In this document: positions 40,365 through 48,897 of the stretch, one piece after another
Numbering within the stretch: the stretch's first letter is position 1
Layout of the letters: each line of letters starts with the position of its first letter
IMG/VR virus record: IMGVR_UViG_3300020469_000014
Location: 62,001 to 126,000 of that record
Source: an uncultured virus (IMG/VR IMGVR_UViG_3300020469_000014)
Taxonomy: Duplodnaviria; Heunggongvirae; Uroviricota; Caudoviricetes
DNA length: 64,000 bases
Direction: 5' to 3' (one strand)
Notes under the pieces: generated by a model
The model's database searches: none
Seen by the model: the letters and a program-made list of their open reading frames with translations, nothing else
What the model was told of the DNA's origin: nothing
Translations under genes and position numbers: made by a program

Positions 40365-40490
40365 GGGAAGTCCGAGTGTTTTTATGTTTAAAAGTTCTTG
40401 GAGAAATTTTATCTCCGCTTTTAGTTTCTGGTTTTCTTCTTCTAAGAAGTCGCAGTGCTCTGCGTAAATGTGAATACTCATAAATGCGAA

Positions 40491-40512
40491 GAGACCCCCT
40501 TTCGGAGGTCTC
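40491..40512 (-). terminator. hairpin/terminator after the Cys-rich ORF
   Basis: GAGACCTCC-GAAA-GGGGGTCTC on the minus strand. Confidence 0.55.
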
Positions 40513-40536
40513 TGAGTTTAGTTCATTGGTTTGGAA

Positions 40537-40698
40537 TTACCGTAAGATTTCTGTACATACTTTTCGACAGTAATTGTCCGTACAATCTATCATACAGGCA
40601 AAGTATTCGTCGATTAAGTCGTCCTGAGAAAATTCAGGATTTGTATCTTCGTGATGAATCCATTCTGCCATTTGATTGCGTGACATTCGGGTTCTCAT
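40537..40698 (-). CDS. small Cys-rich protein (53 aa, absent from ORF track)
   Basis: GAGGAG RBS; ...DDLIDEYFACMIDCTDNYCRKVCTEILR. Confidence 0.65.
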   Translation of the reverse strand: MRTRMSRNQMAEWIHHEDTNPEFSQDDLIDEYFACMIDCTDNYCRKVCTEILR

Positions 40699-41156
40699 AA
40701 ATTTCTTCTCCTCTGAATTGTGATTTACATAACGAAGTTTTTCAGCATCACTTCATTTTGTCCGTCCTAATTCTACCAGTATTTATAGAGCAATTCCCGA
40801 TTTTTGTGTTGAAGTTCACACACTGTAATGGCGTATTTTTACCCACGCATTAATACTTACCTTCCTTTATATACATCATAATCAAGAAGGCCGCACTGGT
40901 GGCAACCGTTATCGACAATGCAATGATTGCCGTATGTACTATGTTCACAAAATTTACTTAACATAACGTAATATTTATACCATCAATCATCTTCCGTGTA
41001 TGCTGATGGATTTTTCCTGAGAAATTGCTTGCAATGTCCATGAACATCTATCTCCTGTTCCAAGTGTGCCTTAGTATGCACAACTTCAATGAATCCTATA
41101 ATTAATAGTAAAAACACTGGTGCAAACCAGAGTGGATTAGAAAGTATTTTCATTCA

Positions 41157-41187
41157 TAAAAAAAAACCTCTACAATATGTAGAGGTT
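41157..41187 (-). terminator. intrinsic terminator after the DUF4278-like gene
   Basis: AACCTCTAC-ATATT-GTAGAGGTT followed by a long T run on the minus strand. Confidence 0.8.
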
Positions 41188-41217
41188 AACGACAAGTAGA
41201 TGTTTGTCAACTACTGA

Positions 41218-41361
41218 TCAGCTCTTAGATGCGAACTTGCGTTCCACCTTGACACCACGATACATTAGATCGTGACGTTGCTTCTTAGCAGCTTCTTCGA
41301 GTACCTTTGCATTGTACTCGGCAGAGTCATAAGAGACTCCTCTGTATGTGACTTGTGCCAT
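41218..41361 (-). CDS. DUF4278-like small protein (47 aa)
   Basis: AGGAG RBS; MAQVTYRGVSY...LMYRGVK with duplicated YRGV motif. Confidence 0.75.
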   Translation of the reverse strand: MAQVTYRGVSYDSAEYNAKVLEEAAKKQRHDLMYRGVKVERKFASKS

Positions 41362-41400
41362 CGGTTTTACTCCTGTAAGTAGTAGGGGGGTTTTAAATCC

Positions 41401-41582
41401 CGTTCCTTCAGTCGTCATTTGCGTCCCAGCACCCAGGCGTTGACTCTTGCATAACAAGAATCAGTTCCGCCTTCTCGTTCTCACTTAACGTGTTGTTCCT
41501 AAGTATTCGATCAGTAATGTCGAATGCTTGAGAACACTCAAGTGAAGTATAGAGTAACAAGAGAGGTATCATGGGATGAACG
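41401..41582 (-). promoter_or_regulatory. glutamine riboswitch-like aptamer 2 (glnA/Downstream-peptide family) with an ORF-sized insertion
   Basis: CGTTCATCCC...GGGACGCAAATGACGACTGAAGGAACG; P1 CGTTC/GAACG; directly upstream of the DUF4278-like gene. Confidence 0.65.
41408..41572 (-). CDS. 54-aa ORF nested within aptamer 2
   Basis: MIPLLLLYTSLECSQAFDITDRILRNNTLSENEKAELILVMQESTPGCWDANDD; ATG directly follows CGTTCATCCC. Confidence 0.6.
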   Translation of the reverse strand: MIPLLLLYTSLECSQAFDITDRILRNNTLSENEKAELILVMQESTPGCWDANDD

Positions 41583-41585
41583 ATC

Positions 41586-41646
41586 CGTTCCGTGTCGGCT
41601 TACTTGCGTCCCCTCATTCTGCCAAAGGCAACTTGGGGGATGAACG
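41586..41646 (-). promoter_or_regulatory. glutamine riboswitch-like aptamer 1
   Basis: CGTTCATCCCC-[TGCC/GGCA hairpin]-GGGGACGCAAGTAAGCCGACACGGAACG. Confidence 0.7.
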
Positions 41647-41655
41647 TGTGTGTTA

Positions 41656-41684
41656 ATTATAACACAATGCAATTATTTATGCAA
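41656..41684 (-). promoter_or_regulatory. promoter for the riboswitch transcript
   Basis: TTGCAT-N17-TATAAT with an overlapping ATAAATA late-type motif. Confidence 0.55.
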
Positions 41685-41720
41685 GTTTTTTGCAGCAATA
41701 GCGTGTGTATTGTTACAATT

Positions 41721-43256
41721 TTATGAAGATTTAACATTGTCACCTAGTACTAGAGTGTCTAGACCAGTCTCATAAAATAGTTCCAAGGCATCCCCAAACC
41801 TTCCAGCTATGGGTTTACCACCATTATTTAGGGAAGTATTGAGCAAGACAGGTGATCCAGTCAACTTCTCAAACTCCTGTAGTAGACTGTAATAATCTTC
41901 TTGAGATTCATTTACTGTGTTGATTCTACATGTACCATCTACATGTGTGATTGTAGGATATCTGTCTGGTTCTAACACATCAGTCACATATAACATGTAT
42001 GGACTGGGACCATTCCAGTAGAAATTTTCACTTACCTTCTCTTCTAAAACAGAGGCACCGAATGGTCTGAATGGTTCTCTATGTTTAACCTTATTATTAA
42101 TAAAGTCTTTCCCATGAGGATCAAAAGGATTCATAAGTATACTTCTATTACCTAATGCTCTAGGACCTATCTCACCATGTCCTTGATACCAACCAACAAT
42201 CTCACCCTTGGCGAGTCTTTCTGCGGTCTCCTTGATAGTTTTGGTAGAAGGTCTATCAATAGGAGCCTGATCATCTTGCATAAAGGGGAATCCTTCTGTG
42301 GGGAGTGGCATCATATTGTGTTCCCTTCTTAGAAACTCTATTGCACCAAGACTCAATCCCTGATCGTATGCGTGTGGTGGTATAACAAGATTAGGTATGG
42401 CATCTTTCAATACCTTATTAATAATAGTATTCTGTGCCACACCACCAGAGTACCCAACAATATCATCTGGTTTAACAAACTCTAGAAAATGTTTTAGATA
42501 TATCTGTTCTGTATATTCATGTGCTGTATGAATATAATCCATGATGTATTGTTGATCGTGAAGATTATGATCTATTACATCAAAATTCCATAGTTTTTCT
42601 AGATCATCTATACCAATACCCTTAGCAGATATATCTGGATCATGTTTACCAAACGCTTTCAGAGCCATGATCTTCCCTGCCTGATCTAGGTAATGACCAC
42701 CCATCTGTAAGGCAGCACCCATCCTAGTCATAATGAATCCAAGACTAGGAGAACCCTGTTGACTTGGAAATATACCTACTGTCTTGCCATGATCTATAAG
42801 TTTATCATCTCTCCATACACTACGATACATCCAATCATCACCGAATCCATCAAAGACGAAGTGAAGATTGGGTTTGACCTTCATAGGCCAGAAACTTAAT
42901 GTATGTGCATAGTGATGATCTATCCTGTGAATAGGGCATCTAAATCCTAAGTCTTTGAAAAAAGGTATATCTACTACTTCTGATATCTCTTGGGAATTTA
43001 TAGAGAAGGATGTATGTACGACACCCATCCTTTCATATTCAGTTCCAGCACAGTCCATGATGATGCAGACACCATCAATAAACCAAGGTTGGATATTCCA
43101 ATCCTCAAGTATTCTTGTCCATTGATATACTCCGTTCTCAAAACCTACATGCTTACATTGATAGTCTCTTTCAAAAGATCTATATCTGACAGTCTCTCCG
43201 TCATAGTAAGTTACGTTTGCGTCATGAGAGTCTAGTCTTAGACCTAATAATTTCAT
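41721..43256 (-). CDS. carbamoyltransferase (NodU/CmcH family)
   Basis: HDAN, DHHYAH, DGFGD, GKIMAL, SGGVAQN, EIGPRALGNRSIL, KHREPFRPF, HVDGTCR, LLNTSLN. Confidence 0.9.
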   Translation of the reverse strand: MKLLGLRLDSHDANVTYYDGETVRYRSFERDYQCKHVGFENGVYQWTRILEDWNIQPWFIDGVCIIMDCAGTEYERMGVVHTSFSINSQEISEVVDIPFFKDLGFRCPIHRIDHHYAHTLSFWPMKVKPNLHFVFDGFGDDWMYRSVWRDDKLIDHGKTVGIFPSQQGSPSLGFIMTRMGAALQMGGHYLDQAGKIMALKAFGKHDPDISAKGIGIDDLEKLWNFDVIDHNLHDQQYIMDYIHTAHEYTEQIYLKHFLEFVKPDDIVGYSGGVAQNTIINKVLKDAIPNLVIPPHAYDQGLSLGAIEFLRREHNMMPLPTEGFPFMQDDQAPIDRPSTKTIKETAERLAKGEIVGWYQGHGEIGPRALGNRSILMNPFDPHGKDFINNKVKHREPFRPFGASVLEEKVSENFYWNGPSPYMLYVTDVLEPDRYPTITHVDGTCRINTVNESQEDYYSLLQEFEKLTGSPVLLNTSLNNGGKPIAGRFGDALELFYETGLDTLVLGDNVKSS

Positions 43257-43257
43257 G

Positions 43258-43325
43258 CTGACCCTACGGTTCAAATTTTTATCCGAGTTTTTTTCCCAGC
43301 TTTTTGTGTTTTAAAAGCTGATTTT
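43258..43325 (-). repeat. dispersed intergenic leader element, copy B
   Basis: Matches copy A; abuts the carbamoyltransferase ATG. Confidence 0.75.
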
Positions 43326-43578
43326 ACATGCCAGGTGGCATCGAAGGATCATTCATAGGCATACCAGAACCAGGCATATTATATCCCTGACCCATTCCAC
43401 CCATGCCAGGAGGTCCTCCCTGTTGTCCTCCACCACCAAACTGACGGTTGACTCCGCCTGGTTGCATCTTCTCAAACCCATGTTCAACTCTATGAGATTC
43501 TACAGTTTGTTTAATTGTTTCCAATTCTTTCTGTAGATCCTTTAACTTATAGAGGATCAAATCAATCTTATCTTCCAT
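43324..43578 (-). CDS. hypothetical protein: coiled coil plus G/M/P/Q low-complexity tail
   Basis: ORF track composition. Confidence 0.6.
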   Translation of the reverse strand: MEDKIDLILYKLKDLQKELETIKQTVESHRVEHGFEKMQPGGVNRQFGGGGQQGGPPGMGGMGQGYNMPGSGMPMNDPSMPPGM

Positions 43579-43777
43579 GTTGAGACCTATTTTTTATAAT
43601 GATACAGTTGTTTGCATAGTCAGGAGTAAACTCTAAGACATCATCAGATGGCCAATCCAACTCTTCATAGAGAGCATTGAGTCTGTCCATGTCTTCCCAA
43701 AGGTCATTAACATGTTCCGTGGGAGATCGTTTAAACCAATCGTCTCCACACTCCTCTGGTTCTAAGTTTCCGTGCAT
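43568..43777 (-). CDS. hypothetical protein
   Basis: MHGNLEPEE...VNDLWEDM.RLNALYEEL. Confidence 0.6.
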   Translation of the reverse strand: MHGNLEPEECGDDWFKRSPTEHVNDLWEDMDRLNALYEELDWPSDDVLEFTPDYANNCIIIKNRSQHGR

Positions 43778-43779
43778 TG

Positions 43780-43995
43780 TTATCTTCCTAAGAAATAATG
43801 ATTGATTACTTCAATTTTCTCATGTGCTTGAGCAACAGCAGCAATCTCGCCATCTACTGCTGCCATGATATCAGAGTGTTCACCAATACCTACAGGTGAG
43901 TTGAGATAGACCTCAACATTCTGTCGATGTTTGGCGATTAATCCTTCATAATAACGGATTTGTGACTTTAAAATGTCATCACGCAAGTTAACCAT
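43780..43995 (-). CDS. hypothetical protein
   Basis: NVEVYL..PVGIGEHSDI. Confidence 0.65.
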   Translation of the reverse strand: MVNLRDDILKSQIRYYEGLIAKHRQNVEVYLNSPVGIGEHSDIMAAVDGEIAAVAQAHEKIEVINHYFLGR

Positions 43996-43996
43996 A

Positions 43997-44257
43997 TTAA
44001 ACTAGTTTGTATTCTTGTAGGTATTTAACAGTTTCTGCTGCGCCACCAATGGTGAGGTCATCAACTGATACTTGAGGGAATGTAGATCCCTCACCAAACT
44101 GGGAAATGAATTCATTCTTGTCGAAGTCTTCGTCAAGTTTATATTCTACGAAGTTTAGTTCAGCTAATTGTAACACAGAAATAACTTTTTTGCAATGACC
44201 ACATCCCAATTTTGAGTAAACGGTAAAATTCATTTTGCCTCGTGTGTTTGAAACCAC
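43997..44257 (-). CDS. glutaredoxin
   Basis: CGHC, STFPQV, IGGA. Confidence 0.85.
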   Translation of the reverse strand: MVSNTRGKMNFTVYSKLGCGHCKKVISVLQLAELNFVEYKLDEDFDKNEFISQFGEGSTFPQVSVDDLTIGGAAETVKYLQEYKLV

Positions 44258-44454
44258 TCTTTGAGTGAAATTTGATAACCAGACTCTCGACTAGGAGGTT
44301 CTTTTATTCCTTTGATCTGCTTCCATTTATTGTGCAACGCACCCAGTTCCCATGCTTGAGACAAACTTCGAGGTCCGTTCTCTAGGAGTTCAAGATGACG
44401 TTTGTTATTACAATAGTTGTCAGCGTAATCCTTTCGCCAGGATGTATCGATCAA
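44230..44454 (-). CDS. hypothetical protein
   Basis: ORF track; LLENGPRSLSQAW. Confidence 0.55.
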   Translation of the reverse strand: MIDTSWRKDYADNYCNNKRHLELLENGPRSLSQAWELGALHNKWKQIKGIKEPPSRESGYQISLKEWFQTHEAK

Positions 44455-44643
44455 AGAAGTATCGCTCCGATTACAAACCCCTTAGCGAAGGCAATACATG
44501 TGATTTGATAGTCTGTTAGATTAAATTTCTTTTGAAACTTCTTAATAAGTTTCTTATCCCATTCAACTACTTTATCGAAAGCTCCTTTTGCTTTATGTTT
44601 GAAACAACTCATGCTGTATATTAAAAAAACTATTTAGATTATA

Positions 44644-45267
44644 TCACTTCAAGTTGAAAGTGTAAATGTGTTTGCCTGGAGTGTTGACATAATGTGCATC
44701 TCCTGACTCCAATGCGTCTCGAAGTTTCTGTGCAAATGGTTTTAATTTATTCTTATACTTTGTTCTGATTGCCTTATCATGATAAGTTTTATCACCGTAC
44801 TGTATGAGTCTGCCTGGCGAAGTTAACCCCTCATGTTTGAAGTTAGTTGCCTTGTATATGACCCCTCTGTGACCGTGAAATGCGTCTGCATAGGACACGA
44901 TGATCTTGTGGTCGGTGTTCTTTTTCAACCACCTCTGAGTCTTTCCTATGAAGTAACTCTCAGTGCATTTGGGAGTGGCATCAATACAACATAGTCTCCT
45001 GAGTTCAATGACATCACTCTCACTCTCTCCATACTTCCTCCACGCATTTGCCATACCTAGAGGACCATATATCATTGCACCTATCAAGGTAGAGTCACAG
45101 TAAAGTCCAAACACATGAGATATTCTGAGTCCATTGACACTCTTAGAGTAGTGCCATGACTCTATAAAATCTCTCACACACTGTATGTTAGTTACCTTGA
45201 CATCAAAATCCTTTACCCTTTTACCCAAGGGCACTGAATAATCGTCGTAAAGAAGTGACTTCAACAT
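44644..45267 (-). CDS. Mom-like (GNAT-fold) putative DNA modification protein
   Basis: FIESWHYS, IELRRLCC, ESYFIG, IVSYADAFHGHRGVIYKATNF. Confidence 0.65.
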   Translation of the reverse strand: MLKSLLYDDYSVPLGKRVKDFDVKVTNIQCVRDFIESWHYSKSVNGLRISHVFGLYCDSTLIGAMIYGPLGMANAWRKYGESESDVIELRRLCCIDATPKCTESYFIGKTQRWLKKNTDHKIIVSYADAFHGHRGVIYKATNFKHEGLTSPGRLIQYGDKTYHDKAIRTKYKNKLKPFAQKLRDALESGDAHYVNTPGKHIYTFNLK

Positions 45268-45302
45268 ACAATAAGTATATCAATCAAATGATCTTTTGTC
45301 TA

Positions 45303-45386
45303 TGGGAGAAGAGGGACTCGAACCCTCACGACATTTCTGCCAACAGATTTTAAGTCTGGTGTGTCTACCGATTCCACCACACTCCC
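45303..45386 (-). tRNA. tRNA-Leu(TAA)
   Basis: Anticodon loop CTTAAAA; long variable arm; GGTTCGAGTCC T-arm. Confidence 0.88.
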
Positions 45387-45389
45387 GAA

Positions 45390-45463
45390 CGACTCAAGTA
45401 GGACTCGAACCTACGACCGACTGCTTAGAAGGCAGTTGCTCTATCCATCTGAGCTATTGAGTC
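45390..45463 (-). tRNA. tRNA-Arg(TCT)
   Basis: ACTGC-CTTCTAA-GCAGT anticodon arm. Confidence 0.92.
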
Positions 45464-45540
45464 TGGAGCCACTTGTCGGACTTGAACCGACGACCTACGC
45501 ATTACAAATGCGTTGCTCTATCCAGCTGAGCTAAAGTGGC
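45464..45540 (-). tRNA. tRNA-Thr(TGT), CCA encoded
   Basis: ACGCA-TTTGTAA-TGCGT anticodon arm. Confidence 0.92.
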
Positions 45541-45543
45541 GAA

Positions 45544-45615
45544 TAGGACTACCGAGAATTGAACTCGGTTCACACCGTTATAAGCAGTGGGCATTAACCA
45601 ATATGCGATAGTCCC
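45544..45615 (-). tRNA. tRNA-Ile(TAT)
   Basis: CACTG-CTTATAA-CGGTG anticodon arm; GGGACTA/TAGTCCT acceptor; CCGAG-TTCAATT-CTCGG T-arm. Confidence 0.85.
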
Positions 45616-45699
45616 TTGCCTCACTCTGTTATTATACCACAGTTGACATAAAAAAAACCCCCTCAGAGAGAAGGTTTTGAAAGATTTAAGATTTGAGAT

Positions 45700-46755
45700 T
45701 TACAACGCATTACCACGAGGTAATACTTCTTCTGGGAAGATGAAGTTTTCATGTGGTTGATCAGCAGGTGCCAACCAAGCACGGAGTCCTTCATTCAGAA
45801 GAATGTTCTTAGTGTAGAAGGTCTCAAATTCTGGATCCTCCGCTGCACGAATCTCCTGAGATACAAAGTCGTAAGCACGTAGATTAAGAGCGAGTCCAAC
45901 AATACCGATAGAAGCAGTCCAGAGACCCATGACGGGCACGAATAGCATAAAGAAATGCAACCAACGCTTGTTACTAAAAGCAACACCGAAGATCTGTGAC
46001 CAGAAACGGTTCGCAGTAACCATCGAGTAAGTCTCCTCCTCTTGCGTAGGTTCAAAAGCCTTGAAAGTATTTGATTGTTCTCCATCTTCAAACAGCGTGT
46101 TTTCTACAGTGGCACCATGAATGGCACAAAGCAATGCACCACCAAGGATACCTGCAACGCCCATCATGTGGAAGGGGTTCAGCGTCCAGTTGTGGAAACC
46201 CTGTAGGAAGAGTAGGAATCTAAATATCGCAGCAACACCAAACGACGGTGCAAAGAACCAACTGGACTGTCCGAGTGGATAGATGAGGAATACGCTGACA
46301 AAGACAGCGATAGGCCCAGAGAACGCAATAGCATTGTATGGTCTAATTCCTACGAGACGACTGATTTCAAACTGTCTAAGCATGAAACCAATGAGAGCGA
46401 AAGCACCGTGCAGTGCAACAAATGCCCAGAGACCACCGAGTTGACACCAGCGAATGAAATCACCCTGTGCTTCTGGTCCCCATAAAAGTAGAAGACTATG
46501 ACCCATAGCATCAGCAGGAGTAGAGACTGCTGCTGTTAAGAAATTTGCCCCTTCAAGATATGAAGATGCAAGACCGTGTGTATACCAACTGGTAACAAAT
46601 GTTGTTCCAGTCATCCATCCGCCAATTGCCAGATAAGCAGTGGGTAGAAGAAGAAGACCAGACCATCCGATGAATACAAACCGATCTCTTTTTAACCAGT
46701 CATCAAGGATATCAAACCATCCCCTCCGTTGTTGTTGTAATGTAGACGCAACCAT
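45700..46755 (-). CDS. psbD: photosystem II D2 protein
   Basis: [16 protein letters not shown]...[16 protein letters not shown]...[10 protein letters not shown]. Confidence 0.98.
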   Translation of the reverse strand: MVASTLQQQRRGWFDILDDWLKRDRFVFIGWSGLLLLPTAYLAIGGWMTGTTFVTSWYTHGLASSYLEGANFLTAAVSTPADAMGHSLLLLWGPEAQGDFIRWCQLGGLWAFVALHGAFALIGFMLRQFEISRLVGIRPYNAIAFSGPIAVFVSVFLIYPLGQSSWFFAPSFGVAAIFRFLLFLQGFHNWTLNPFHMMGVAGILGGALLCAIHGATVENTLFEDGEQSNTFKAFEPTQEEETYSMVTANRFWSQIFGVAFSNKRWLHFFMLFVPVMGLWTASIGIVGLALNLRAYDFVSQEIRAAEDPEFETFYTKNILLNEGLRAWLAPADQPHENFIFPEEVLPRGNAL

Positions 46756-46796
46756 TTAATTTTACCTTTAAAAACATCTAAATTATTTGTGTAAGC

Positions 46797-46833
46797 AAAA
46801 GAAAAGGGGTCGTGAAGACCCCTTTGTTTTTTT
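46797..46833 (-). terminator. intrinsic terminator after psbA
   Basis: GGGGTC-TTCAC-GACCCC followed by TTTTCTTTT on the minus strand. Confidence 0.8.
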
Positions 46834-46850
46834 GCGATGTGGTTAAGTTA

Positions 46851-47939
46851 TTAACCGATGGAAGGTGCAGTAAGAGCAACAGGAGTTGACTCAGCAGCAG
46901 CGAGATCCAAGGGGAAGTTGTGAGCGTTACGCTCGTGCATGACTTCCATACCCAGACCAGCGCGGTTAAGCACGTCTGCCCATGTTGGAATCACTTTACC
47001 ACTTGCGTCTACAACCGACTGGTTGAAGTTGAATCCGTTAAGGTTGAATGCCATAGTTGACACACCCATTGCAGTAAACCAGATGCAAACCACTGGGAAT
47101 GCTGCTAGGAAGAAGTGAAGTGAACGTGAGTTGTTGAAAGATGCGTATTGGAAGATCAAACGACCGAAGTAGCCATGAGCTGCAACGATGTTATATGTTT
47201 CTTCTTCTTGTCCGAACTTGTAACCATAGTTCTGAGACTCTTGCTCAGTTGTTTCTCTGATTAGAGAAGATGTTACGAGTGAACCGTGCATTGCACTGAA
47301 TAATGAACCACCGAAGACACCAGCCACTCCAAGCATATGGAAGGGGTGCATTAGGATATTGTGCTCTGCCTGGAACACGAACATGTAGTTAAAAGTACCT
47401 GAGATACCAAGTGGCATTGCATCAGAGAAAGAACCTTGACCGAAAGGATACACTAAGAATACAGCGAATGCTGCAGACACTGGTGCTGAATAAGCAACAC
47501 AGATCCAAGGACGCATACCTAAACGGTATGAAAGTTCCCACTGACGACCACAGTATGCTGTGATGCCGATTAGGAAATGGAAGACTACAAGTTGGAATGG
47601 ACCACCGTTATACAACCACTCATCGAGTGATGCTGCTTCCCAGATTGGGTAGAAGTGAAGTCCGATAGCATTTGAACTAGGAACAACTGCACCAGAGATG
47701 ATGTTGTTACCGTACATTAAAGAACCTGCTACTGGTTCTCTGATTCCGTCGATGTCTACTGGAGGTGCTGCGATGAAAGCAATGATGAAACATGTTGCTG
47801 CTGCCAACAAGCATGGGATCATCAGTACGCCGAACCAGCCGACATAGATGCGGTTGTCAACTGAGGTTACCCAGCTGCAGAATTCGTCCCATCCTGAGAG
47901 GAGACCACCGCGTTGTTTTGAACGTGAAAGAGTTGTCAT
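46851..47939 (-). CDS. psbA: photosystem II D1 protein (true start MTTLSR at 47939)
   Basis: [14 protein letters not shown]...[12 protein letters not shown]...[14 protein letters not shown]. Confidence 0.98.
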   Translation of the reverse strand: MTTLSRSKQRGGLLSGWDEFCSWVTSVDNRIYVGWFGVLMIPCLLAAATCFIIAFIAAPPVDIDGIREPVAGSLMYGNNIISGAVVPSSNAIGLHFYPIWEAASLDEWLYNGGPFQLVVFHFLIGITAYCGRQWELSYRLGMRPWICVAYSAPVSAAFAVFLVYPFGQGSFSDAMPLGISGTFNYMFVFQAEHNILMHPFHMLGVAGVFGGSLFSAMHGSLVTSSLIRETTEQESQNYGYKFGQEEETYNIVAAHGYFGRLIFQYASFNNSRSLHFFLAAFPVVCIWFTAMGVSTMAFNLNGFNFNQSVVDASGKVIPTWADVLNRAGLGMEVMHERNAHNFPLDLAAAESTPVALTAPSIG

Positions 47940-47944
47940 TTGAA

Positions 47945-48056
47945 AAAGGGTTAGGTAATAGTGCAGGGATACACCGATAAAATATTCCTTCGCCACCCTC
48001 AGGCGGAGGTATAAGAGACGTAATTTAATGACCCATAGGTCTCGGTTAGCGGGTCA
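47945..48056 (-). ncRNA. structured psbA 5' leader, PhotoRC-II-like motif
   Basis: TGACCC/GGGTCA stem with GAGAC/GTCTC pseudoknot-type pairing, then a CGCC/GGCG hairpin; location upstream of phage psbA. Confidence 0.6.
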
Positions 48057-48091
48057 GAAAGATGTTGGAATCAACACCCCTACATTTATAT

Positions 48092-48120
48092 ATGTTAACA
48101 GAACTTTACACTTCTGTCAA
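48092..48120 (-). promoter_or_regulatory. psbA sigma70 promoter
   Basis: TTGACA-N17-TAACAT. Confidence 0.6.
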
Positions 48121-48237
48121 GTGTCTTCTTGGATTTCTTTCTTTTTTCTTAACCTTTCCAGAAACTCCTCGTCAGGCGTGAATACTATAGGTCCTTCGGA
48201 GATTCTTTCCTCCAACTCATCGAGCAGTGGATCCTTT

Positions 48238-48897
48238 TCATTCTGATTCATGTCGTTCTTTGCTAGTTTTCCAAAAATAATTTTCTTCTGATCCCAGTCC
48301 ATCCCGATCATGACCGTTCTCTACTTGATAGTAGACAGTAGACACCTTGAAGTCGGGGTCTGTTGGTTTCTCAGGAGTCAGACTGTTATCATAAATTCTC
48401 ATCCTATTGTTAGGGTACAAAGCGAATTGTCCATTGTCAAGCTCTAAAAGATTAAAACTTTTATGTTCTGGTGGTTGTTCACTCGTAGAATAATCTATTG
48501 CGTCTATGTCCTGATGATAGTTGTCAAGAGTACAGATGTATGTTCCTGTTTGATTGCCGAAATCTCTAGTCATGATCTCGTAGTGCATTGATCCAATGAA
48601 CTGTTTCTGCACTGCTACTACACCATAGTCCATACAGTTCCAGAACTGTAAGTTGTGAAGTGTCAGGTCTGGTGTTGGTAACTCTGGTGATGCTACGAAA
48701 GCACTGATGGGTAACTTATCATACATCGCTGCATACTCTGGTAGGTATGTCTCAAAGTAAAAGGCACGGCCTGGGATAGACTTTGCAGACACCCAGTATC
48801 CCTCTACAAATTCTCCGTGGCCACTCTTATGATCTGTTAGGTATTCTTTTCGCACCCACACATGATAGGAGGGTAAATTACAAATTAGTGCTGGCAT
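48238..48897 (-). CDS. conserved phage hypothetical protein
   Basis: Start MPALICNLP; WVRKEYL...SIPGRAFYFE...LPISAF...EHKS...NGQFALYPNNR. Confidence 0.65.
   Translation of the reverse strand: MPALICNLPSYHVWVRKEYLTDHKSGHGEFVEGYWVSAKSIPGRAFYFETYLPEYAAMYDKLPISAFVASPELPTPDLTLHNLQFWNCMDYGVVAVQKQFIGSMHYEIMTRDFGNQTGTYICTLDNYHQDIDAIDYSTSEQPPEHKSFNLLELDNGQFALYPNNRMRIYDNSLTPEKPTDPDFKVSTVYYQVENGHDRDGLGSEENYFWKTSKERHESE

Noticed and set aside
45700..47939. Possible intron or homing endonuclease in or between psbA and psbD
   Set aside because: Both ORFs are uninterrupted and the ~95-nt spacer shows only a terminator
47940..47996. N-terminal extensions in the ORF track (psbA here; also the DUF4278-like gene, ho1, gp33, hli and 39550..40044)
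   Set aside because: Upstream in-frame starts run through RNA leaders, promoters or neighbouring genes; downstream ATGs fit homology better
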